Below are positions 1-10,412 of a stretch of DNA of 36,394 nucleotides, in pieces. Position 1 is the stretch's first letter. Every line of letters starts with the position of its first letter. Under the pieces are notes generated by a model, which saw only the letters and a program-made list of their open reading frames with translations, made no database searches and was not told the DNA's origin. The position numbers and the translations under genes were made by a program. The DNA is from Folioceros fuciformis (taxonomy: Eukaryota), in NCBI GenBank assembly GCA_049999805.1, contig JBNGIO010006382.1:461820-498213 (forward strand), given 5' to 3'.

Positions 1-604
1 CAGTAAGTTCCCAATTGTCTCTTCGCGCGCCTGCTTGCTTGCTGCGTCACCTGAGATCGCCTCAACTCACTCCACATTGCTTCCTGTCATGAAATTCAAG
101 TGCTGGTTTGCTGTTTTGCAATGGGCGGGACGTTATCGGGAGCTGCTGGATTGGCATTTACTTGGCACATACTTGCTAACAAGGACGATTCCGCATGCCA
201 TTGGGTTTTTTTTTTGGCGTCTGTGTTACTCTCAGCTGATCTAATCCAATCGGATCCCTTCCGATTCATAGGTGGCAGTGGATGCAGACTGTTTGTCTAT
301 ACAATGGCTCAAGCTAGGCTCGAGAATCGTGCAAGGCTTCAATTTTGTGTCTTTGTTTGTTTTGTACTACAGGAGCCAGGAAGGCAGATCTCCACCAGTT
401 GGCGAGGGGCGAAGGTCCACCTCTTGCCGTTGCTCAGTCACTCATTCAATTGTGAGTTTTTGTTCGAACCGATCTGGATACGTGAAAGTTTGAAATAGAT
501 GTACTTTATCTTTGAACTCTGATAGGGTGCATGCCACTGACAAAAAACGGTCTCACTGGTGTCGTGAAACAGGCCCGTTGTCTTAAGCGGGGGCGGGGCT
601 CAGC

Positions 605-1853
605 ATGGCAGAAGTGGATTGCAGTGTCGAGTTTGAATCATGCAGGGACAAACACGAAGCTCTGGCGCTTAAAGGGGCAGCCATCGCAATAATATTGATT
701 GCGAGTACTCTGGGCGTGCTCATTCCCTTGGTTGGCAGAAGGTTCTCGTTTCTGAGTACGGAAGGGAACATTTTCTTCATTACCAAGTCATTTGCAGCCG
801 GAGTCATCCTGGCAACAGCATTTGTGCATATGCTGCCTGATGCCGCGGAGACTTTGAGCAGTCCGTGCTTACCTGAGGACCCTTGGAGTAAATTTCCCTT
901 CGCGGGCTTCATCGCAATGGTGGCAGCTCTCGTAACGCTTTTTGTTGATTTCGCGGCCACTCAATACTACGAGAAGCAGGATTCGGCGACAAACGGCGAA
1001 CAGCGACAGGGACTTCAGGAACGCTCCAAAGCGGACTCTGGAAATGATGCAATTGCAGACGAATGTGGAGAAAACCACAACCACCTACCCATAGTGAGCT
1101 TGCACTCGCATCCTGCGCATGGCCATCACGCGCACGGTCTGGGATCACCTGAGGAAGAAGCGAAGATGACCCAAATCAGACATGTGGTGATCTCTCAGGT
1201 GCGATTTCTCCAGTCCACCGACGGAATGCTGTGCTGGCTACCGTTCTTTTCATGACGCTTCTGTAGGTCTCATGCTTGATCGTATTCTGTCAGGTTCTGG
1301 AGCTCGGAATCGTGGCGCATTCCGTTATCATCGGAGTAACACTAGGAGTATCGAACAGCCCCTGCACAATCAAGCCGCTGTTGGCCGCGCTGTCCTTTCA
1401 CCAGTTTTTTGAAGGGTTTGCTCTCGGAGGTTGCATTGCGCAGGTAAACCAAGCAAGCTTCTGTTGCACCTGGTGATTTAGAAGCCAAAACACTGCAGCT
1501 GAACTCATAATCTAGGCTCTGATGCCACTGCTTGTCATGGGTTCCAGGCGGCTTTCAAAACCTTCTCGTCCTTCTTGATGGCCTTTTTCTTCGCCATCAC
1601 TACTCCCTTGGGAGTAGCCATTGGTATTGGCATTCAAAACGGTTACAATGAGAACAGTCCAAAAGCCCTGATTGTGGAGGGAACCTTTGATTCTATCTCG
1701 GCGGGAATCCTGACGTACATGGCCTTGGTGGATTTGATTGCAGCAGACTTTCTGAGCAAACGCCTTCGCAGCGATCGCTGGTTGCAAGTGTTGTCATTTT
1801 TGGCACTGTTTGGTGGAGCAGGAGCTATGTCCCTGCTTGCCAAATGGGCATGA
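605..1853 (+). CDS. ZIP-family Zn/Fe transporter (plant ZIP4/IRT3-like), 3 exons: 605-1198, 1294-1443, 1548-1853; 349 aa
   Basis: GT-AG introns join in frame (1050 nt). Motifs: N-terminal [27 protein letters not shown], His-rich loop [14 protein letters not shown]4 [14 protein letters not shown]5 FHQFFEG, C-terminal MSLLAKWA. An in-frame TAA at 584-586 fixes ATG605 as the start. Confidence 0.95.
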
Positions 1854-1884
1854 TGTTACTGGCAGTATGAATCCCTGCGCTTGC

Positions 1885-1962
1885 GTGTGTGTGTGTGTGT
1901 CCCATTACAATATTTACCACACAGAGACACGAGTGAGTGTGTTTACGAGTGTGTTTACGAGT
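1885..1962. repeat. (GT)n microsatellite plus a GTGTGTTTACGA duplication in the ZIP 3' region
   Basis: Read directly from the sequence. Confidence 0.8.
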
Positions 1963-3112
1963 GAGTGCAAGTCATTGGGCTCCTTCCTCCTCACTGAAAG
2001 GCCACAGTAATGAAATCATTCCTGTGACCTTGGAAGGATGCTTTCTATGGAGAGGCAGGCAGGGAGTGAGGGATGACAGACTTATGCACTGGATCAAAGC
2101 CCAGCCAAGGCGTTCATAATGAAGTGACAGTCCAAGACCATAGCTGAACCGTCACCAACAGCTCTACATCCAAGAGGCATCAACCATACACACCAACCGA
2201 CGCACCTGTTCGCATAGCACCCTGCACGGACACAAGAACCAGCATGAACACTCAACGGTGTAATCAATTCTTAGACCAAAAGAAAACAAGAGTATATCTG
2301 AAACTTTTTCCAGTTCATCCCATCCAAGACTGTCACCACTAGGCTTTGATCGGTCAGCAAGGGTTGTGCATCCCGGAGGAATCGGGGAACCATTTTGTGG
2401 GCCTGGTGTGGAGCTTCTGTTGGCGGATCCTGACAAGTAGGAGACGATATGTACAGTGAGCCACATCACGCATATTCACAATCGGCAGCCACTAGTACAG
2501 TATTTAAGAATCTATCTATCCTGAATTGGAAGCCGTCAACTATCCATCCCAAGCTTCGAGCCTCCATCTCGACAGTGGAGTACTGTACGAGAGAAGACGC
2601 AGTGTGGGTAAGTAGACACGGCATGCGTCGACGTTGTTGGTCTTCAAGCGCATTTTCTGCTTACGTTACGCTGTACTGACTAACAAGGTCAATTGTGCGT
2701 CCGGGTTCTTCTGAGAAGGTCACCCCGAGACTGTACTGTACTGTACTACGATCTTGCCGTTCCAACCTTTGTCCGAGCACGCATGGACACCGACTTAGGT
2801 GCGGTTTGGAATTCACCTCCTGCTACAATAACATATAGCACCGGTATGCCACAATACAGTAAAGACCTTTGACTTGAATGTAGAACTTATTTTTTCTGTG
2901 TGTTGGAGACAAATGCAGACCTCGCCCTCACCCAGCATTGTTGCTTGTATTTCAGTAGAAGAAGCAGAAACGCACGAAGGATGATCTCTGTTAGACCATG
3001 CAATGTCCGGGAAACAGCATGGCTCCTCGAGTTTGCCAGGGGCATGCACAAGTTGTATTGCTGGCTCTCGAGTGAGCTTCCTCCGGACAAATGTAGAGGC
3101 CGGAACAGTCAT

Positions 3113-3168
3113 GAGCCTTCACCTCTCCCTCCTTAGTTCCGAGCCTTCACCTCTCCCTCCTTAGTTCC
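3113..3168. repeat. 28-bp perfect tandem duplication (GAGCCTTCACCTCTCCCTCCTTAGTTCC x2)
   Basis: Copies at 3113-3140 and 3141-3168. Confidence 0.95.
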
Positions 3169-3349
3169 GACAGCAAGGTAGAACGAGCACCTTTTTTAAT
3201 AGCACGCATCCCAGTTTGCCCTCAATGTAATGTACAAACAGTATGTACTTCGAACCATGGTTGAGGCAAGAAAGTTGGAAAGTTGCCCTCCACCGTTGGC
3301 GCTGTCGATGGTACGCGAAGTGGAGGGACACTGGTGTTTTGCGAGCGTG

Positions 3350-3415
3350 ATGCAAAATGGAGAGGGACGCTATGCAAAATGGAGAGGGACGCTATGCAAA
3401 ATGGAGAGGGACGCT
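3350..3415. repeat. 22-bp tandem repeat x3 (ATGCAAAATGGAGAGGGACGCT)
   Basis: Copies start at 3350, 3372 and 3394. Confidence 0.95.
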
Positions 3416-3475
3416 TTCCGCCTGTCCTGCTGTAGGAGCTGCAGATGCCAGCATGTGGACGAATTATGCGCAAGG

Positions 3476-3680
3476 TGTTAAAAAGAGTGAGTCCCAAGAT
3501 AATGTATGTTTCAGTACATTTAGATTGATAGTATATACATATATATATAACTTCAAATATGATAATATCTCATTATGGAGAAACAATATCCTGAACATGG
3601 TATTATCCTATATATCCTGAGACATACTTACAGCATTTTAGTCTAGATGTGTTGTTGCAAAACCCTATGGATTTCTAATA
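3476..3680 (-). repeat. 3' LTR of the copia element
   Basis: Begins TGTT and ends CTAATA (terminal CA decayed to TA). Aligns by eye to 7896-8092. Directly adjacent to the PPT. Confidence 0.85.
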
Positions 3681-3690
3681 CTCCCACTCA
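3681..3690 (-). other. Polypurine tract (TGAGTGGGAG on minus strand)
   Basis: Purine-rich tract abutting the 3' LTR and resembling the copia GAGGGGGAG-type PPT. Confidence 0.7.
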
Positions 3691-3787
3691 ACACATCGAC
3701 GATCTAACCTATAAATCTTACTCAATTAACTCTAACATCTTGCTAAACTTCATATGCTTCTCTTAGGCTAGACCTTTGGTAAGAACA

Positions 3788-4402
3788 TCAGCCAGCATGT
3801 TCTATGTAGAACAATAAGCTAATTCTATTTTTTTCCACCTTTATTCCTAAGAAATAATGGAGCTCACCCATGTCTCGCATATCAAAACTTTCTTTGAGGT
3901 TCCTCTTAGTTGAGTTTAAAAGTTCCACATTGTTGCTAGCAATGATCAAGTCATCTACGTACACAGCAATGGTAACAATGGATTCTCCCACTTGCTTCAA
4001 ATATATATTCCAATCACTAGTTCTCTTAAAATCTTTAGACTGTAAGTGATTATCGAGCTTACAATACCAAGCAAGGGCAGATTGTTTAAGACCATAAAGA
4101 GCCTTCTGCAACTTACAAACTTCGCCTTCTTGTCCTGGTACCTCAAACCCTTCTGGTTGTTCCATATATATTTCTTCATCTAGATCACCATTCAAAAAAG
4201 CGGTTTGGACATCCATATGATGTATCTCCATATTGAAGGTAGTTGCAATAGCGAGAAGGGCTCGAATAGATGCTATCTTAGCAAGAGGAGAGAAAGTGTC
4301 GATATAGTCCACACCGAGGACTTGTGTATACCCTTTCCCTACTAACCTCGCCTTGTATCGTTCTATGCTACCGTCGGCCTTTTGCTTAATCTTAAGGTCC
4401 AT
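3788..4402 (-). pseudogene. Copia reverse transcriptase fragment
   Basis: KARLVGKG, MDVQTAFLNG, LYGLKQ and YVDDL motifs. Breaks off after FLGIKV and jumps to the RNase H C-terminus. Confidence 0.9.
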
Positions 4403-4839
4403 TTAGACCCTATGCTTTTCCTTCCAAGAGGTAGAGGAGTGATTGTCCATGTTTTATTTTTGATAAGTGAGTTGTACTCACTGTCCACATCTTTTCTCCA
4501 TTCCTTTGTTTTTGGACCTTGTAACGCTTATGTCAGGCTTTGGGGTTCTTCAACATCTGTAAAACATGCTAGCTCCTCCTGTACATATCCATTGATGGAG
4601 TCTAAAAGCTTTCGTGAAGGTTTCCTTTCTCTAGTTGATCTTCTTAAGATTGGTTGCGTCTCTAGAATACTTAGTTCTGCATTGTCATTTTCAGCTGCAA
4701 CCATTCCTAGAGGTGCATCCGCTTCTTCAATTGCAATGACAGTAGGAGTGTCTCTCTTTCCCCCTCTATGTTAGAAAGTTGAGAAGGCGCAACAGGCAAT
4801 GGGGTAAATTGTCCAAGACTGTCATGAGCTGTAGAATCC

Positions 4840-4939
4840 NNNNNNNNNNNNNNNNNNNNNNNNNNNNNNNNNNNNNNNNNNNNNNNNNNNNNNNNNNNNN
4901 NNNNNNNNNNNNNNNNNNNNNNNNNNNNNNNNNNNNNNN
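4840..4939. other. Assembly gap (100 N placeholder)
   Basis: Exactly 100 Ns. Confidence 0.99.
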
Positions 4940-5189
4940 AACTGCAACAATTCCTAGAGGTGCATCCGCTTCTTCAACTGCAATGACAGTAGGAGTGTCT
5001 CTCTTTCCCCCTTCTATGTCAGAATTCAACTGCAATGACAATAGGAGTGTCTCTCTTTCCCCCAGAAAGTTGAGAAGGTGCAACAGGCAATGGGGATCCC
5101 CGGTGTGGTTTGTATCAGACGACAGGGAATCTTGCGAGATGAAGGGTGAGGAAGAAGTGTCTCCCATTCCACTAGTAGGTTCAGCGACC

Positions 5190-6100
5190 TCATGAAAGAC
5201 AACATCCCGGCTAAAAAAGACCTTCTTCGTAGTACGATTGTATAACCTATAGCCTTTCACTAAATCTGAATAGCCAAGTAGGAGACACTTTGTTCCATTA
5301 GCATCCCATTTGGTCCGGCTCTCCTTCAGGATACGAGCGTAGACCACGGAACCGAAAACCCTCAAATGTCGGATATCAGGTTTTATACGAGACCAAGCTT
5401 CCTTTGGTGTCATACTAGGTACGGCCTTTGTCGGAACTCTATTCAACACATAGGTTGTTGTCATGACAGCCTCTCCCCAAAAGTCTACCTGCAAGTCGTT
5501 GTGAAACAACATACACTTGGCTACTTCCACAAGGCTCCGTATCTTCCGCTCTGCGACTCCATTTTGCTGCGGGGTGTGCGGAATCGTGAGTTGCCGTTGG
5601 ATGCTGTTTTCCTTACAAAAACTTTGGAACTAAGAAGAAACATATTCTCCTCCATTGTCGCTCCAAAGCATCTTAAGGCGTTCACCATGTTCGGTCTCCA
5701 CTAGAGTCTTCCACTCCTTAAAAGTCTGGAACACCTAAGATTTTTCTTTCAAAACGTAAGTCCACGTCTTCCTTGTAAAATTATCAACAAAGATGAGCAT
5801 GTAGCGATTCCCACCCTGTGTAGGGTTCCACATGGGCCCGCTCACGTCAGTGTGAACTAATTCCAGCGCCTTTTGCACACGATGTGTTACAGCTTTAGGA
5901 AACTTTATGCGATTTAGCTTCCCCATGTGACATCCTATGTTGCAATAATCTCCTTCAAATCTAATCTTGTCACCATGTCATGAGTCATCATCTCCTTGAG
6001 TTTGTCCACTCCGATGTGGCCGAAACACTGATGCCATAAATTGACAGACTCTATCTGGTTGTGTGAACTAGCCAGGAACGTACAACCTTGCTTTCTCATT
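5190..6100 (-). pseudogene. Copia GAG-pre-integrase and integrase core, frameshifted
   Basis: LWHQCFGH, LELVHTDVSGP, FVDNFTRKTW, SDNGGEY, PQQNGVAER, FWGEAV..YVLNR and LRVFGS fall in different frames. Confidence 0.9.
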
Positions 6101-6253
6101 GAAGCACAAAGTTTGTACAGATTTCCCACACGAACACCATGAGCAACCACGTGTGACGGCTCAAGCTGTACAGGTTGAATGTGACAGCATGTGGAGTTGA
6201 AGACTATTTCATGACCTGCATCTGCAATCCGCGCAACAGAAAGAAGATTCCTC

Positions 6254-6889
6254 GCGAGATTAGGTACATGATGCACATTCTCAATACGTGCGGGGTTACC
6301 GCCTTTCAACTGAATGTGTAAGACTCCTTTCCCCTCAATATCATGTGACGTATTGTCACCGAGTGCCATTATATGGCCCTTTGAGAGTCTAGTGTAGCCA
6401 ATAAACCCTGGAAGGTTGTAACTGAAGTGCTGAGATGCACCAGAGTCAAGGTAAAGATTCTCATCCTTCATCGATGAAGTAGCTCCATCGCTAGCCACGA
6501 AAGATTGTTCCTGTTGAGGTTGATGACTCACTTGATTGGATTGAGAGGATTTCTCCATCTTCGACTCGTCGTGAGATTAGGTACATGATGCACATTCTCA
6601 ATACGTGCGGGGTTATCGCCTTGCAACTGAATGTGTAAGACTCCTTTCCCCTCAATATCATGTGACGTATTGTCACCGAGTGCCATTATATGGCCCTTTG
6701 AGAGTCTAGTGTAGCCAATAAACCCTGGAAGGTTGTAACTGAAGTGCTGAGATGCACCAGAGTCAAGGTAAAGATTCTCATCCTTTGTCGATGAAGTAGC
6801 TCCATCGCTAGCCACGAAAGATTGTTCCTGTTGAGGTTGCTGACTCACTTGATTGGCTTGAGAGGATTTCTCCTTCTTCGACTCGTCTG
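6254..6889 (-). repeat. Internal 317-bp tandem duplication covering the retrotransposon protease
   Basis: TAGGTACATGATGCAC recurs at 6261 and 6578. Both ORFs carry ENLYLDSGASQHFSYNLPGF. Confidence 0.95.
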
Positions 6890-7634
6890 CCAACCAGGTT
6901 CTACATTCTTTGGCATGATGACTTGGCTTCCTACGATAATAGCAAGATCCTTTCATCGTACGGCTTGTACCATCCTTCTTCTCATCCTTAGACTTGAACT
7001 TTGCCTTTGCTTTGCCTTTCTTGGCAAAAAGGACGGCGTCATCAGTCTTCTCTTTCTTATTTGAAAACTCCAATTCCTCCTGCAAAAGCAATACGACCAC
7101 CTCATCCAACGATGGCAATTTGTCGCTTGATTGCATTGCGACCGTTCTCCTGAAGGCCGACACAAATGGCTTGTAGGTTGGTGGTAAGCTACACAACAAC
7201 ACCACAAGGATCCTTTCCTCGGTCGGTTTGGTGTCCATCGCCTTCATCTAGTCCACTAAGGTCTTTAACTTGTTGACATGTTGCTGGATGGTGTCACCTG
7301 TGGCCATCGTGAAGTTCGCAAGTTGTTGTTCCAGCACATCGAACTTACCGTTTTTCTTTTCGTATGCATTGCAGAGCGTGATCCAAGCTTCTTGTGACGT
7401 TGCGCATTCGCTCAATTGAGAGAGAACATCATCTGAGACATTCAACAAGATTGTTGCCAACGCTCGTCCATTTTTGTCGAGGTCTTTCTCTGTGGGTGTA
7501 ACATCGAGACCCTTGTCAGCGAACTTCCATACTCCCTCCTTGATAAGAAGCATCTTCATCTTCAGCTTCCATAAGGTGAAGTTTTTCCCTCCAAATTTCT
7601 CCACCACACGAATTTCGAGAGGACTTGTCTCCAT
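6890..7634 (-). pseudogene. Copia gag (UBN2-type) with an internal stop at 7248-7250
   Basis: ORFs 7248..7691 and 6528..7247 are co-framed and separated by one TAG. Contains NF.LWK.KM, LLCSLPPTY and the zinc-knuckle remnant. Confidence 0.85.
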
Positions 7635-7660
7635 GTTCTCGTCCTTTGCGGCGAAACAAG

Positions 7661-7780
7661 ATGACTTCCCTACACTAACGCCAAGCTTCACCTACTTGCA
7701 CAAGGTCTTACAACAGACATATGACTTCCCTGCACTAACGCCAAGCTTCACCTACTTGCACAAGGTCTTACAACAGACAT
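7661..7780. repeat. 60-bp tandem duplication in the copia leader
   Basis: 7661-7720 and 7721-7780 differ at one base. Confidence 0.95.
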
Positions 7781-7883
7781 ATAGTCTGCATGGCCCTGTA
7801 CACAACACAAAGGGAGCAAAGATAGTCCTACACAAGTCAATGCAGGCGGCTCCCAAACCAAGGAACTTGGGACTAAAATATGG

Positions 7884-7895
7884 GCTGTGATACCA
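7884..7895 (-). other. Primer-binding site for tRNA-iMet (TGGTATCACAGC on minus strand)
   Basis: One mismatch to the canonical plant TGGTATCAGAGC PBS, immediately internal to the 5' LTR. Confidence 0.85.
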
Positions 7896-8092
7896 TGTTT
7901 TTAGTGAGTCCCTTAATCAATCTATGTTTCAATACATTTAGATTGATAGCATATACATACATATCTAGCCTTCAAGCATGACAATACCTCGTTATGGATA
8001 AACAATATCTCGAACATGTATTATCCAATATATCCTGGGATATACTTACAGCATTCTAGTCTAGATGTGTTGTTACAAATGGATTTCTAACA
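7896..8092 (-). repeat. 5' LTR of the copia element
   Basis: TGTT...AACA termini, adjacent to the PBS, homologous to 3476-3680. Confidence 0.88.
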
Positions 8093-8799
8093 GGCTGCGG
8101 GATCGGATCCCACCTGAGCAGGTTCTGGTTTTCTTCCTGCTGCTGGGATTTCTTGCCTTGTTTCTCTCGGACCCCCGACCTACAGGTATTGTGTCGGCAG
8201 ACAACGGATCTCCTCTTCCCTTCGATCTGCACCACGCTGCTTGTGGAAGCCGGTGCGGCACAGAATGAGCAGGAGGCGGAAGCATGCAGGTCGTGAAGGA
8301 GAGAATCAGAGCACCAGTCCGAGGTCCATACGTGGTGCCGGCAATTCTTGCTTTGGCCTTGGCAGAAAGGCCACGCGTGCTGCACGAGATAATGAATGAC
8401 TAGGCGGGGATTGTTTTTTCGGTTTTAGGCCGCTGCTACCGCGGACTGAAAAATGCTGCCGCAGGGAATGTTGGCACAGAGAAGCAGCAAGATACCAGCA
8501 GAGTTTGTCCCCGACGGAGGTCGGTTAGAAACCCTTGGACTCAGGGTAACCTTTTTATGCTTGAAGGCTTTGCTATGGTTTAAGGACAGGTTAGCTAGTT
8601 CTTGACTCTTGGGGGAGCAAGATGGATCTGCAGGAAGCCAATTCGTTTTGTATGTGCGCTGGACACAACCTCTCCTGCGAATTCAGGGGATAGCTTAGAG
8701 GAGGAGGATGTTTCAGAGATTTCTGTTGGGAAGTCATCGTTTCGTGACGTTCCCGTCGACTGTTATGGATGCGGGCAATTCCAAGCGCACGGAACAAAT

Positions 8800-10392
8800 G
8801 AATGCAGGCAATCAGAGGTAGGGTTGACTGATCCCGCTGGTGGGATTTGTCCAAGCTGGGAATAGCTATGCTTTCTGATCTCAGTGCAGCACAACAATGT
8901 TTCGATTCCTTTCAGCTGGCATATCCACAAGCCACCTCTGGGGATTTGGCCAACACAGTCCTGTGGTGCCCCGTAAATGCAACGTATGACTGGATGCTCT
9001 CGGGGTCTGCTGCCATGGGGGACATAGAAGTCGTATCGGTCTGGACGCGAAGAACATGCCAGGAGCAGCCTTGGTGTTTCATATTCCCCTGTTTCCGCTG
9101 AAGTAATCGAGCTGGAGGGCACACCACATGGCATTGATAGGAATGACATCCCGGTTCCAGAGCCACCTGCCGATGAAGTTGTTTGTGCGAGCAGCGTACG
9201 GGAGGCACCTCTTGCGAACTTCTCTCAACACTGCTCTGACGAAGAGAAGCTTCGGGACGGGAAATGATGGACGGCATCCCACAAGTAGAAGAGGGTTTTT
9301 CTGCAGTTCCGACACACAAGATCCTCATCGGCAACCATCACCAAGGCCGAAAAACCCCACACCCACTCTGGGTCAGGATGATACCATCACCAGGTGCAAT
9401 CGTCCATGCTCGGTCACGTCCCACCAAGCTACTGCAGGGCGGCGGCTTCCATCTCCAAGGGTACCTTTTCCCCGAAGTAGGTCCTGTGAGCCCTGTGGAT
9501 GATGCACCTGCGGGAGGCTGTCCATGTGAAGACTTGAGCTCCCTGGCCCATTCAGTGGTCCTCAAAACCTTTCTTTCAGTGAAACACGAAATGAGCGACA
9601 GGGTCGGTTCATCTCAGCTGAACATCCTGGATTCCGACCCTCAGTGTTACGGCCGTCGATGAGCATTTGCCATCAGTTCATCCTCTAAACGACCTGGATG
9701 TGCCCACAAGAAAGGTAAGGAGGACAAAGACGATGTCGCTTGACTCAAAAGTAATTTACGTACATATGTTATGTACCTATTCGGTACTGCACTTTTGCCT
9801 GGTTTGCTCCACGAGGTAGACTTTGACAGGCGCACGAGTCTTGGAGGGCACTCTCGTTGCGTTTTGGTGGGACTACTGGCTGGCTTTAGCAAGTCGCTTT
9901 AGTTTTTTCGATCGGTTTGAGGCGCTGGTACAAAGTGGCAAGATGGTGTGAGGCGCAGCGTCAGGTTCAGCGTTTATCTTTGGCTTATTGGAGAGGTGGA
10001 AAGCTACGTACATATCGGGCGTTTTTTCGTCTGTTGCAATTTCGGACCAGAGTTCTACGTTGTCCTGCTTGGAGAGTTCTTAGATGGTTTCTATTACAGG
10101 GCTGTCGGCAGTAATCGGCATCAAGTACTGTATGAATCCCCTCCGCCAAGAAAGTGGGATAGAACTGCAAAACCTCACATTCGTGTCTCCAAGTCATCAA
10201 GCCCTTGTTGACTTTGCTAAAAAAGAGTTGGGCCGAGGTTCCACCGGTACTGGTGACGCTCCAGCATGTCGGCAACCATTTTTTACCCTCCGATACCCAG
10301 AGGACAGAACGTTATGGGGACACATGCATGTGGATTGCAGAAGTGGACTCCTGTTCGGTACACTACTACAAAGAATGGAGGTGGTACCATAG
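8800..10392 (+). pseudogene. Probable decayed F-box/kelch-like (F-box-associated beta-propeller) gene
   Basis: Fragments in shifting frames resemble plant F-box proteins and occur in the expected order: STTMFRFLS, EQPWCFIF, RGFFCS, ILIGN/ITK (NPxTK after a frameshift), LVAF, WYKVAR, terminal LLQRMEVVP*. Many stops. The resemblance is by eye only. Confidence 0.35.
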
Positions 10393-10412
10393 TAAGCTAG
10401 TCCTATCGGATA

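Larger units (their letters stand above)
3476..8092 (-). mobile_element. Degenerate Ty1/copia LTR retrotransposon (gag-PR-IN-RT-partial RNase H) with ~200-bp LTRs
   Basis: Copia domain order on the minus strand: gag (EKFGGKNFTLWKLKMK), degenerate zinc knuckle (CYYRRKPSHHAKEC), protease YLDSGASQH, LWHQCFGH, integrase (LELVHTDVSGP, SDNGGEY, PQQNGVAER), RT (RYKARLVGKG, HMDVQTAFLNG, LYGLKQ, YVDDL), RNase H tail (ADVLTKGL). Multiple stops and frameshifts. Flanked by homologous LTRs, a PBS and a PPT. Confidence 0.95.

Noticed and set aside
2000-3110. Short ORFs between ZIP and the copia element
   Set aside because: No recognisable motifs or consistent exon chain; treated as intergenic.
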